Assembly (NCBI GenBank): GCA_018920365.1
Contig: JAHLMM010000001.1
Coordinates: forward strand, 199,628-263,627
DNA from: Candidatus Aenigmatarchaeota archaeon
GTDB taxonomy: Archaea; Aenigmatarchaeota; Aenigmatarchaeia; CG10238-14
Reading direction: 5' to 3'
DNA: 64,000 nt
Position numbers and translations under genes: made by a program. The notes beneath the pieces were generated by a model. That model did not search any database, was not told the origin of the DNA, and saw only the letters and a program-made list of their open reading frames with translations. Shown here one piece after another: positions 41,443 through 50,595 of the stretch (positions are counted from its first letter, which is position 1; each line of letters starts with the position of its first letter).

Positions 41443-42318
41443 ATGAAAGAATTGTTTGATGAGTTAAAGAAACTAAAAGCAAAGAGGATTTTTATTCAAT
41501 ATCCAGAAGGGTTGAAGACAAAAATACAGGAGATAAGCAGCGATCTTGAAAAAAACGGCTATCAGACAGTTTTATGTTGCGAACCAACATTTGGAGCATG
41601 TGATGTAAGAGATTTTGAAGCAAAAAGGTTAAAATGCGATGTTGTTTTACATATAGCTCATACAGATTTTGGTGTCAAATCAGAGCTACCTGTGATCTAT
41701 TTGGATTATATTTTTGACGTAGATCCGATTCCAATAATTGAAAAAGAGTATGAAAAATTATCATCCTATAAAAACATTTGTGTATTCACTAGCTTGCAAT
41801 ATGTTGAATCAATGAAGAAGGTTGTTGATTATCTGAAGAAAAGATCAAAGCAAGTTTTTATTGGCAAAACACAAAAATATGACGGTCAAGTTTTGGGTTG
41901 TCGAATAGATGCAGCATTGAAATTTGCTGGCAAGGTTGATTGTTTCCTTTATGTCGGCACAGGCAGGTTTCATCCAATGGGTGTTTGTTTGGCTACAGAA
42001 AAACCTGTTTATTCGCTGGATTTGGAAAAGCAGAAAATAATTGATTTTCAAAAAGAGAAGATGATTTATTTGAAAAAGAAGGCATGGAGAGATCAAGAAC
42101 TGAAAGATGCAAATGTAGTTGGAATAGCTGTTTCATGGAAACAAGGACAAAACAGAATTGACGAAGCATTTTCATTGAAAGAAAAACTTGAAAAGCAAGG
42201 GAAAAAGGTTTACATACTTGCCTTTGATACTGCTTCTAAATCAAAGACATTAGGAATGAAGTTTGATATTTTGATAAATATGCTTTGCCCTAGAATGGAT
42301 GACGAAGATTTATTATAA
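41443..42318 (+). CDS. dph2: Diphthamide biosynthesis enzyme Dph2
   Basis: QYPEGLK, GACD, GQVLGC, GRFH, CPR. Start after SD-like GGTG. Confidence 0.9.
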   Translation: MKELFDELKKLKAKRIFIQYPEGLKTKIQEISSDLEKNGYQTVLCCEPTFGACDVRDFEAKRLKCDVVLHIAHTDFGVKSELPVIYLDYIFDVDPIPIIEKEYEKLSSYKNICVFTSLQYVESMKKVVDYLKKRSKQVFIGKTQKYDGQVLGCRIDAALKFAGKVDCFLYVGTGRFHPMGVCLATEKPVYSLDLEKQKIIDFQKEKMIYLKKKAWRDQELKDANVVGIAVSWKQGQNRIDEAFSLKEKLEKQGKKVYILAFDTASKSKTLGMKFDILINMLCPRMDDEDLL

Positions 42319-42333
42319 AATCAAAATAATTTT

Positions 42334-43086
42334 ATGAGATTTTTGCTTTTAATACTGCTTTTTATTCCGCTGGTTTATTCTTGGGGTTTTGAAACTCATG
42401 AATGGATTTGCAAACAATTGCTTATTGGGAATCAAGATTTGAGAAAAATTGTTAATGAAAATGATTTTATCAGAGGTTGCAATGCACCTGACACAGAAAT
42501 AAAAGACCAACTTTATCATAACTGCTATTTTGCAAGAGAATGCAAACATATTAACACAGAAATAAAAGACCCTGTTAGCTTGGCATACTTTGCTGATATA
42601 AAAAGTTGCTTTGAAAAAGACTTATATAGCTGTCCTGCATTATTGAAATTTAACGCATCGATCGCTAAAAATGATTCTTATTGGATAGGAGCAAGCGTAC
42701 ATTATTTGTCCGATGCATTTGCACCTGTTCATCAGATAACAGGTGAAGATTATTATAAATGTCACAAACCGTTTGAAGATAAGATTGATAAAAAGCTGAA
42801 AGAAAAAAATTGGATCGTTCGTCAGAATTGTGAGTTTAGCTTTCCATGCTCTAAAGCAGGAAGTATGATAAGAAAGTGTCAAACAAAATATAACTCAACA
42901 ATAGAATTTTCTTATGATAATTTGGTTGAACTAGTCGTTGTTATAGATAAAGAAGTTTCACATAAACTTAAAATTAATGAAGGTAGGTATGAAAGCTTGA
43001 AACAAACAGGAATGATAGCTTTGATTAAAAATAAAATAATAGAAATTTTTAATCATTTTGTAAACAAGTTGCCTTTTTCAAAATAA
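42334..43086 (+). CDS. Secreted Zn-dependent phospholipase C / S1-P1 nuclease fold protein
   Basis: Signal peptide then W-GFETH, APD, HYLSD..PVH, HKPFE. Confidence 0.75.
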   Translation: MRFLLLILLFIPLVYSWGFETHEWICKQLLIGNQDLRKIVNENDFIRGCNAPDTEIKDQLYHNCYFARECKHINTEIKDPVSLAYFADIKSCFEKDLYSCPALLKFNASIAKNDSYWIGASVHYLSDAFAPVHQITGEDYYKCHKPFEDKIDKKLKEKNWIVRQNCEFSFPCSKAGSMIRKCQTKYNSTIEFSYDNLVELVVVIDKEVSHKLKINEGRYESLKQTGMIALIKNKIIEIFNHFVNKLPFSK

Positions 43087-44471
43087 CTTTTCATAAATTC
43101 GGCAAACTCTTTGTTTTTCAAAAACTTTTTCAATTCATTTTGGTCAATTATCTTGAAGCTTTTTGAAAGTTGAGTTGCTATGAAGTTTGGTATTCCCTTT
43201 GCTTTTAAAATTTTTTCATCATCACTCAAAGTGTCAACAAGCTTAACTTTTGCTGATGTCCAACTTCTATTGACTTCAACAACCCAATAATCATCCTCTA
43301 TAAAAGGCCCATTTACTGCATCATTTTTATGTTTTTCAGCAAATCTTTCAGCATTTCTCTCATCAAAAACCCACGGCCCTACTATTTTGTCAATTGTAGG
43401 CAATCTGCTTACTTGCATTTCTAAAATAATTATCGCAGTTTTCTTTTCATCTGTCCAGCAATCGCTTCTTAATACTGCAAACTCATATTCTTTCATTATA
43501 CTTTCTAGTCTTTTTGTCGCTTTCCTTAACTGAGGCCACAATATGTCAGGAACAGTTTTTGGTGGTTCAAACACAACTGCTATGAATTCAGTGCCCCTGG
43601 ATTTAACAAAATTTTCAAATTCATTTGATTTTATGGTTTTAGTTTTTTTGAAAAAGAAATCTTCGTTTGGCTTTAGCAGAAACTCTTGTGATATTTTTTT
43701 GAATTTGTAGAAATTTTCAGGACTTATAGCAGATGCAACGTTTCTATGTTTATCAACAGGATCTATTACTATTAAAATTTCATTTTTGAATTTATTTTTT
43801 AACTGATTGTATTCGCTTTTTTTCCATTGATTTTCTATATCAATTATCTCCTTAACCTTCCAGTCTTTTGTAGCTTTTAACAGATTTAAGAAGCTGCCGT
43901 ATTTTATTATAAGCAGTTCGCATAAATAACCAGAAAAACCATTTGTCTTTGCATCAGCACCATACAAACCATTAGCTTTCAAAAACTGTTTCAATAACCT
44001 GACTTCATTGCTTAGCTGTTTTGGCAGTTTCTCTTCTAGATATTTGACATGAAATTGTGTTCTGTCAACAGCAGAAATTATCTTTTCTCCTTTTTCAATT
44101 TTGTAGCAAGGAACAAGATCAATACTTATTCCGTCTATTTTTCCTCTTATATAAGGGTGCTGGGCATATTCTATTGTCCATTTTCCTTTAAGAGTTTCAA
44201 TCACTTTCTTACCAACAGATAATCCAGTTTCCTCAAGCTGTTTGTTTGATAGTGTTTTAGGGAAAAGGATGAACACATCTATTTCGTTTTTGTTAGGAAG
44301 CCATGTGTCTCTTGTCAACGAGCCAGCAAGTATAACTTCTGCGTTGTACGAAGATGATACAGATTTTGATACTTCTAGCACACGGCTAGATATTAATTTA
44401 ATTTTCCTTTCTTCTTTGTTCGTAGGTGTAATTTTTTTAAGTACATTTTTTAAAAGTTGACTGTTTGTCAT
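43053..44471 (-). CDS. cca: Archaeal class I CCA-adding enzyme
   Basis: GSLTRDTW, EIDVF, YAQHPY, DLVP, SAVDRT, GFSGYLCELL. Confidence 0.95.
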   Translation of the reverse strand: MTNSQLLKNVLKKITPTNKEERKIKLISSRVLEVSKSVSSSYNAEVILAGSLTRDTWLPNKNEIDVFILFPKTLSNKQLEETGLSVGKKVIETLKGKWTIEYAQHPYIRGKIDGISIDLVPCYKIEKGEKIISAVDRTQFHVKYLEEKLPKQLSNEVRLLKQFLKANGLYGADAKTNGFSGYLCELLIIKYGSFLNLLKATKDWKVKEIIDIENQWKKSEYNQLKNKFKNEILIVIDPVDKHRNVASAISPENFYKFKKISQEFLLKPNEDFFFKKTKTIKSNEFENFVKSRGTEFIAVVFEPPKTVPDILWPQLRKATKRLESIMKEYEFAVLRSDCWTDEKKTAIIILEMQVSRLPTIDKIVGPWVFDERNAERFAEKHKNDAVNGPFIEDDYWVVEVNRSWTSAKVKLVDTLSDDEKILKAKGIPNFIATQLSKSFKIIDQNELKKFLKNKEFAEFMKSYFEKGNLFTK

Positions 44472-44535
44472 GAAATTATTATGTAAAGGAAAGAAAAAAA
44501 TTTAACTATAAAAGGTTAACTACAACTTTTTTGTT

Positions 44536-45684
44536 ATGGACTATATAGTTTCAATACCTACAACTAGAGAAAGAAGCTATGAGATTTTAAGATGTTTAAA
44601 ATCTATAGTCGAAGGAAAAACACGTGATTTTCCTATAGTTGTTTTTGGGCAAGCAGATGATCCAACTATAGAAAAAACATGGATAAATGTTTTAGGCAAT
44701 CATAGAATTATATATTTAGGTCCAGAAAATGTAAGAAGATTAATTGATTATACAGGAAGTAAACTTGTATTAGAAAGAAATGATTTAAATGCTTTGTTTA
44801 ATTATAGAACATTTGGCGGAGCCAGAAACTTGTTGACTGCTTTTGCCTTTGTAATATCTAAGAATCCCGGTGTTATAAACATAGACGATGATGAAGAAGT
44901 TTTACCAGGTTTTTTTGAAGAACATATAAAACTTTTGGGTACAAAGACGTCCAAAGGAAAAAAAATAACTCTTGTTACAGGCCCTTATACAAACCATAGC
45001 TCATATGTAGGATTTGATACGTTACTATATATTTTGTCGAGAAAAAGAGGTGAAGGAATTGTTAGAGATGCTTTAAGGGCAATAACATATGCTACAGAAG
45101 AAGCAAGAGGTTATGTATACGGAATTAATGGATGTAGAGGAGGAAATTTATCCAGATGTGATTCAGCTTTGAGAATACCGTATATTTCTTCACCTGAAGA
45201 TATCAACTTGAGAGGTGAAGATGAAATTCACGCAGATTTAAATCAAATAATGAACCCAGGATGTATAAATTTGTATACACCTAATGCAAAAGTTAAACAT
45301 ACAAAAAGACCTGGATATTTATTGGAAAACATAAAAGGCGAACTGATAGGAATAATAGTTCATGAAGTTATAAGACATTTGGAGCTTGATCATCAAATTA
45401 GAGAAAATTATATTAACCTTGTTGATTTGTATTCTAGAAAAGTTCTCGAACAAAAAAGGCGACAACTAAAGCAAAAAAGATTTAATTACTCACCTGATAT
45501 TGAAAGAGAGTTATCTATAATAGTTTCATCTGTTTATGCGTTATTGAGTGATGTTGCTTTTTTCAAAAGACAAGCAACACTGTATATTAATAATTTGATT
45601 TATGGATTTAATCATTGGGAAAAGATATTAGATTGTTTGAGTAATTCTTCAGAAGAAGCGAAAAGATATATATTAACACATTAA
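44536..45684 (+). CDS. Divergent GT-A glycosyltransferase-like protein
   Basis: IPT, GGARN, NIDDDE, RGED, H motif order typical of the GT-A fold. Confidence 0.55.
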   Translation: MDYIVSIPTTRERSYEILRCLKSIVEGKTRDFPIVVFGQADDPTIEKTWINVLGNHRIIYLGPENVRRLIDYTGSKLVLERNDLNALFNYRTFGGARNLLTAFAFVISKNPGVINIDDDEEVLPGFFEEHIKLLGTKTSKGKKITLVTGPYTNHSSYVGFDTLLYILSRKRGEGIVRDALRAITYATEEARGYVYGINGCRGGNLSRCDSALRIPYISSPEDINLRGEDEIHADLNQIMNPGCINLYTPNAKVKHTKRPGYLLENIKGELIGIIVHEVIRHLELDHQIRENYINLVDLYSRKVLEQKRRQLKQKRFNYSPDIERELSIIVSSVYALLSDVAFFKRQATLYINNLIYGFNHWEKILDCLSNSSEEAKRYILTH

Positions 45685-47255
45685 ATTTTCTTGCTCATAT
45701 AAGGTCCTTCATGCATATAACCATATTTCATAAACCATTGCTTTACACCAATACCAGCTATTGCTATCATCTTTTTCTTATCAAATTCCTCTCTTGATAT
45801 TCTTTCAGCTTCTTTAAGCAACAAAGAACCAAAACCTTTATGCTGCCAACCACTTTGATCTTGAACATTTATAGGAACAAGCTTGCCGTAAGTATGAACT
45901 TCCCTTATCAAGGCGGTTTTATCATCTATTTCCTTTCTATGAGGCTTGTACGGCATCCGTAATCTCAGCAAAGCAATCAAAACATCATTTTTTGTGTCTT
46001 CAAACGACAAGAATATCTCTTTCCCATTAGACGCATCATAATCTCTTCTTACAAGCTCTACTTCTTTCTCATCAATATCAATTCCATATATTTTTTTGGC
46101 ATGTCCCGGCTCTCTGCATCTTGTGCACCTGCATCTTTTACCTTGCCTTTTCAATTCCTGTATTGCAATTTCTCTTAAATTGCTCTTTTTTGGTCCGGCA
46201 ACAATCTCATTTGCAGGTATGTCTCTAAAAACTCTTCTAAATCTTACCCAAGGAGGAGCCATTTTCTTCATTTCCACTATAAGCTTTAATGTTTCTTCAA
46301 GTGTAGGCGGCTTATAATCGCCTCTTTTCCATTCTTGATAGAGCTCTGTCCCAGGTATTACAACACACGGATATATCTTGAATTCATCCACTTGCAAGTC
46401 AGGGTTTGTGAAAATCTGCCTAAACATCCCAACATCTCTTTCAAAATTTGATCCAGGCAAAAAAGGCATGACATGAGCTATTATTTTGAAGCTAGCGTCT
46501 TTTGCTATCTGTATAGACTTTATGGTTTCTTCAACATGATGATCTCTTTTGACTCTATCAAGGACATCATTATATATTGATTGTATGCCTATCTCAGCTC
46601 TTGTGCAACCAAAATCAAGCAAACTGTCAACATGCTTTTCCATGCAATAATCTGGCCTTGTTTCTATTGTCAAACCAACACATCTGTGTTTTGCCGTTTC
46701 ATTTAATTTTTTGGCTTGCTCTAGTGTCTTTGATCTTCGACCATTCAAACCATCATAAATTCCTTTAATGAAGCGATATTGATAGTCTCTATCTAATGCT
46801 AGCAGCGTTCCGCCTATGACTATTATCTCTATCTTATCAGTAGGGTGACCCATTATTTTGTATTGATTTAACCTGTCTCTTACTTGCTTGTAAGGATCAT
46901 ATCTATTTCTTATAGCCCTCTGAATAGCAGGTTCATTGGCAGAATAGCTTTTCGGCACTAGCTTGCTTAAAGGAGGGCAATAAGTGCATCTGCCGCCACA
47001 ATAACCAGGTTTGCAAGAAACTGTTATAGTGGCTACGCCAGAAATTGTTCTGGTCGGCTTTATTCCCATTATTTTGCTAAATTGTTCCAGCTGCTTTTTT
47101 GTAGCATATTTCAATATATCTGGGTTAGTAGGCGACTCTTTTAGTCCATACTTTATGCATAACTCCTTTTTCAGCTTGTCTACATCATCTTTACTGTTTA
47201 TAGACCGGTTTTTCAATTCTTTCAGAAATAGCTTTGCAAAATCCTTTTCAAGCAT
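45681..47255 (-). CDS. elp3: Elp3 tRNA U34 acetyltransferase (radical SAM plus GNAT)
   Basis: KPTRTISGV, CGGRCTYC, ETRPD, KIYP, RDIP, REVHTYG, QHKGFG. Confidence 0.95.
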   Translation of the reverse strand: MLEKDFAKLFLKELKNRSINSKDDVDKLKKELCIKYGLKESPTNPDILKYATKKQLEQFSKIMGIKPTRTISGVATITVSCKPGYCGGRCTYCPPLSKLVPKSYSANEPAIQRAIRNRYDPYKQVRDRLNQYKIMGHPTDKIEIIVIGGTLLALDRDYQYRFIKGIYDGLNGRRSKTLEQAKKLNETAKHRCVGLTIETRPDYCMEKHVDSLLDFGCTRAEIGIQSIYNDVLDRVKRDHHVEETIKSIQIAKDASFKIIAHVMPFLPGSNFERDVGMFRQIFTNPDLQVDEFKIYPCVVIPGTELYQEWKRGDYKPPTLEETLKLIVEMKKMAPPWVRFRRVFRDIPANEIVAGPKKSNLREIAIQELKRQGKRCRCTRCREPGHAKKIYGIDIDEKEVELVRRDYDASNGKEIFLSFEDTKNDVLIALLRLRMPYKPHRKEIDDKTALIREVHTYGKLVPINVQDQSGWQHKGFGSLLLKEAERISREEFDKKKMIAIAGIGVKQWFMKYGYMHEGPYMSKKI

Positions 47256-47365
47256 AACAGATTTATGTGTAATTTATATTTTTTAATAGTTATATTAAAT
47301 TATTTCTATTGTATAGTAGTAACATTTATATATAAGTGTCACTATAAAGTAATATAGTGATTTGA

Positions 47366-47536
47366 ATGAATAAGCAAGATTTACTAAGGCTAAGATTTTA
47401 CAGAGAAGAGTTGTTTAATGCTAAGAGTCAATTGTTCAAGGCTAAAAATGTCAGGCAAGTGAAATACTTGCAGGACAGGATAAACTTTTTGCAGGAAAGA
47501 ATAGCTGAAATTGAAAACAGCTTCAAAAAGGGATGA
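47366..47536 (+). CDS. Small coiled-coil protein, 56 aa (not in ORF track)
   Basis: MNKQDLLRLRFYREELFNAKSQLFKAKNVRQVKYLQDRINFLQERIAEIENSFKKG. SD-like GTGA and TATA-like TTTATATA upstream. Confidence 0.6.
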   Translation: MNKQDLLRLRFYREELFNAKSQLFKAKNVRQVKYLQDRINFLQERIAEIENSFKKG

Positions 47537-47585
47537 GCATGAAGCTGAAAATGGTTGACTATAGAATAAACGCTGATTTAAACAA

Positions 47586-48548
47586 TCAAGATTTATCACG
47601 ACTTTTGAAAGATTTGTATGATGAGTTGTAGACATATTTTTCTATTGTCTTGCACGTCCTACATATTTTTTCAGAGCTAGGCTCTTCACATCTCTCGCAA
47701 ACATTTATTTCTTTGCCAGCAAAATCGTGTTTTATTGAAGAAGCTATTTTCTCGCCACTTTTTACTATAGAATATTTTATGCCAGGAGATCTATCTTCAA
47801 GTTTGTTGAGAAAATCTCTTGTCTCCATCCGTAGTGCATTAAAATTTGCATAAGGACATTCATCAAAATAAGCAGGTATACCATTGATCATTGCATAGAG
47901 AGCAGATTCTTTCTCAGGTATCATAAGCAATGGTTTTATCCTTGGTATGAATTTTTTGTGATCAACAACTTTCGGAACACCGCCAAACCTTGCAAGCCTT
48001 AGCAGATCACCTTTCATAACATTCATCAATATGCTTTGGGCTTCGTCATCTAGATTATGTCCAACAGCTATTTTGTTTGCATTCAATTCTCTTGCTTTTT
48101 GATTTAACAAATATCTTCTGAATATACCGCATGGTCCGCACATGCTACCTTCTTTTAGCTCTTTAGCTATTTTATCAATAGTTGTGTGCAAACTTTGCTG
48201 GAAAGAAACTATATGATGCTCGACACCTAAATGCTTGCAAAAATCTATGCACCCTTTCAAAGTTTTATCTCTATATCCTTTAATCCCTTCATCTATTGTT
48301 ATGGCCACTATTTCTATTTTAGGATTTTTTTCGAATATTTTCTTCAAAATGTAAAGAGTGTTTGATGAATCTTTACCGCCTGACAACCCAACAGCGATTT
48401 TATCACCATCTTCAATCATTTTAAATCTTCTTATAGTCGTTTTTACCCTGTTTTCAATATTTTTGCTAAAACATCTTTTGCAATAATACCGACCTTCGTT
48501 TATTCTAAAATAAATTGCTTGATTGCTACAAGAAGAGCATTTCTTCAT
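47586..48548 (-). CDS. ncsA: tRNA 2-thiolation enzyme NcsA/TtuA (Ncs6/Ctu1 family)
   Basis: N- and C-terminal Zn fingers, PP-loop SGGKDS, CGPC, GHNLDD, CPY. Confidence 0.9.
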   Translation of the reverse strand: MKKCSSCSNQAIYFRINEGRYYCKRCFSKNIENRVKTTIRRFKMIEDGDKIAVGLSGGKDSSNTLYILKKIFEKNPKIEIVAITIDEGIKGYRDKTLKGCIDFCKHLGVEHHIVSFQQSLHTTIDKIAKELKEGSMCGPCGIFRRYLLNQKARELNANKIAVGHNLDDEAQSILMNVMKGDLLRLARFGGVPKVVDHKKFIPRIKPLLMIPEKESALYAMINGIPAYFDECPYANFNALRMETRDFLNKLEDRSPGIKYSIVKSGEKIASSIKHDFAGKEINVCERCEEPSSEKICRTCKTIEKYVYNSSYKSFKSRDKS

Positions 48549-49180
48549 TTCTTCACCTTGCATATAGCAATAATATTTTTCTTTGGTTCCTTTGTGATTT
48601 TAATGCTTTCAATTTCAAGATCAGCAGCTTGAATATCTTTTTCCAGCTCGCGTTTTGTATACAAGTGATAATATCTTTTCAACCTATTCCCTCCTTTTCT
48701 CCATTCAACATAAACATCGCCAAAGCTAAAAATGTTTTTTAATAAATTTTTTACATGAATTAGCTGCCATCTATACCAAACAGACAAAAATATTTTTTTT
48801 CTAGCTATTCTTTTCATCTCTTTCAACGCTTTTATTCTGTCATCATTAACCAAATGATGAAGTGTAGCAGCACAAAATATAAAATCAAATGTTTTATCTT
48901 TTAAAGGAAGTGCTTTTGCATCTGCTATTATTAGATCAATGTCAACATTATTTTTTCCTATCATTTTCCTTGCTTGTTTTATCATATTTTTAGAAAAATC
49001 CACGCCAACACATCTATAACCTTTTTTTGCTATCGGTATTAAATTTCTACAATTACCACAGCCAATATCGATAGTGCTACCTTTGAAAATTCCAAAAGGT
49101 ATATATAAAGCTGGTTTTGCTCTAAAATTTGACCATGATTCTGCAATTTCATCATATGTTTGCCTTAAGCTTTTCATCAT
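48545..49180 (-). CDS. Trm9/ALKBH8-like tRNA methyltransferase
   Basis: YDEIA, DIGCGN, ATLHH, SVW, DVYVEW, RYYHLY..EL. Stop overlaps the ncsA ATG. Confidence 0.8.
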   Translation of the reverse strand: MMKSLRQTYDEIAESWSNFRAKPALYIPFGIFKGSTIDIGCGNCRNLIPIAKKGYRCVGVDFSKNMIKQARKMIGKNNVDIDLIIADAKALPLKDKTFDFIFCAATLHHLVNDDRIKALKEMKRIARKKIFLSVWYRWQLIHVKNLLKNIFSFGDVYVEWRKGGNRLKRYYHLYTKRELEKDIQAADLEIESIKITKEPKKNIIAICKVKK

Positions 49181-49205
49181 TAGAAATATAGTATAAATGC
49201 TTAAA

Positions 49206-49296
49206 TAGCCCCGAGCGGATTCGAACCGCTGTCAACGGGTCCAAAGCCCGCTATCCTTGGCCATTGTCCTGGTTAAACCATCTAGACGACGGGGCT
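49206..49296 (-). tRNA. tRNA-Gln(TTG) with 18-nt intron at position 15/16 (49264-49281)
   Basis: Acceptor AGCCCCG/CGGGGCT, anticodon loop CTTTGGA, BHB GUCU-AGA/GGAC-AAU. Spliced length 73 nt. Confidence 0.9.
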
Positions 49297-49340
49297 ATAA
49301 AATGGCTAATAATATAGAAATCATAAGAATATTAAATATT

Positions 49341-49658
49341 TTAAGTTCTCTTTACCGTATCCTTTTTCTTTACAATCTGCTTTTCAATTTCATTAAGAAC
49401 TTTTTCAACAGCATCGAGCACCTTCCAGTCGCTGTGATCAGCATAAAATAATCCATGAGTCGTTTCAAGATAGCATTTTATTTGATAATATTTATGATCG
49501 CCTCTTTCTCTGATTTTATCTGCACTTAACTTGAATATTTTGACTGATTTTTCTCCAAACATTTTCTTATATTTTTCAAGTAATTTTTCAGACTTTTCTC
49601 TTATCATATCTTTTATCTCCAAAGTAAGATTGTCAAATCCGGATAATTGCACGTTCAT
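49341..49658 (-). CDS. HPF/RaiA-like ribosome hibernation protein
   Basis: Beta-alpha-beta-beta-beta-alpha pattern ending D..VLDAVEKVLNEIEKQI.KKK. Confidence 0.6.
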   Translation of the reverse strand: MNVQLSGFDNLTLEIKDMIREKSEKLLEKYKKMFGEKSVKIFKLSADKIRERGDHKYYQIKCYLETTHGLFYADHSDWKVLDAVEKVLNEIEKQIVKKKDTVKRT

Positions 49659-49740
49659 AAATGATTATTAAATATCCTAGTTTAAAAATCTTGTCAATTA
49701 AAAATTTTAACTAGTAATTTAATCTTTAATGAGATGAATT

Positions 49741-50184
49741 ATGCTTTACAGCAATATAGATTGGAACGGCGTTTTTGTCAAAGTAACAGGAACAATATTT
49801 GTCCTACTCCCAGTTTTTATTTCAATATTTGTATATTTATGGACACCAAAGTATAGTATATATTCTTTATTCGGATTTTTAACAGAAATTTCTTTGATTG
49901 CAGGAATTATTGCAAATGAAGAAGATACACAAATGCACTCTTTAATGACAATTTTTGGATTACTAGTATCATTAATTGAAGCTAGTATTTTCAGCGTAAA
50001 TTTTGGTTTTGAGAATGGAATTGTAAGTTTTCTAATATATTGGTGGGTATGGCTTTCACTGTACTCTGCTGGAATTGAAATATCGTTGAAAACAATTGAA
50101 TTCTCCAAACTTTTCAGTTCGCTTATAATAGCAGTAGGTAGCATTGCCACATTATCATGGTATTGGTTTTCTTTCTTTTTCTAA
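49741..50184 (+). CDS. Hypothetical multi-TM membrane protein
   Basis: Strongly hydrophobic 147-aa ORF. Confidence 0.6.
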   Translation: MLYSNIDWNGVFVKVTGTIFVLLPVFISIFVYLWTPKYSIYSLFGFLTEISLIAGIIANEEDTQMHSLMTIFGLLVSLIEASIFSVNFGFENGIVSFLIYWWVWLSLYSAGIEISLKTIEFSKLFSSLIIAVGSIATLSWYWFSFFF

Positions 50185-50265
50185 AAAAATGACATATGGT
50201 TATGTTTAAAAGGATTAACATCAAATAAATTTACAAGTGAGAGCGATGGGTGAAAGTCGGACAAG

Positions 50266-50595
50266 GTGAATGTAAAACAGTTAACTATTTCTAGCTTTAA
50301 TGATCTTGAAAAAATAAAAGGAAATGAAAGGGTAATACACTTGAGAAAATTTGTAAGTAAAAATATTCTAAAAATTATATGTTCAAAATGCAAGTATTTG
50401 GATTATGTTTCTATACCTGAAAAAATTTATTTTAAGAGTATAAACTCTGTGAAAAATTCTGATGTAAAAATAGTTGTTGTTAAAAGAAATTCAGGCCGCC
50501 CAAATTTAGTAGAAAAATTAATCCAAGAAAAGAATATGGCTTTTAGTATGAAATTTAAATCTATTGATATAAAAAATAAAGAGGTGTTTGTGTGA
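50266..50595 (+). CDS. Hypothetical protein (DUF1699-like)
   Basis: NERVIHLRK..GRP. Overlaps the thrS start. Confidence 0.55.
   Translation: MNVKQLTISSFNDLEKIKGNERVIHLRKFVSKNILKIICSKCKYLDYVSIPEKIYFKSINSVKNSDVKIVVVKRNSGRPNLVEKLIQEKNMAFSMKFKSIDIKNKEVFV

Noticed and set aside
50236-50270. GC-richer patch with GCGATGG resembling a fluoride riboswitch
   Set aside because: No complementary stem or downstream consensus, and no fluoride-related gene.
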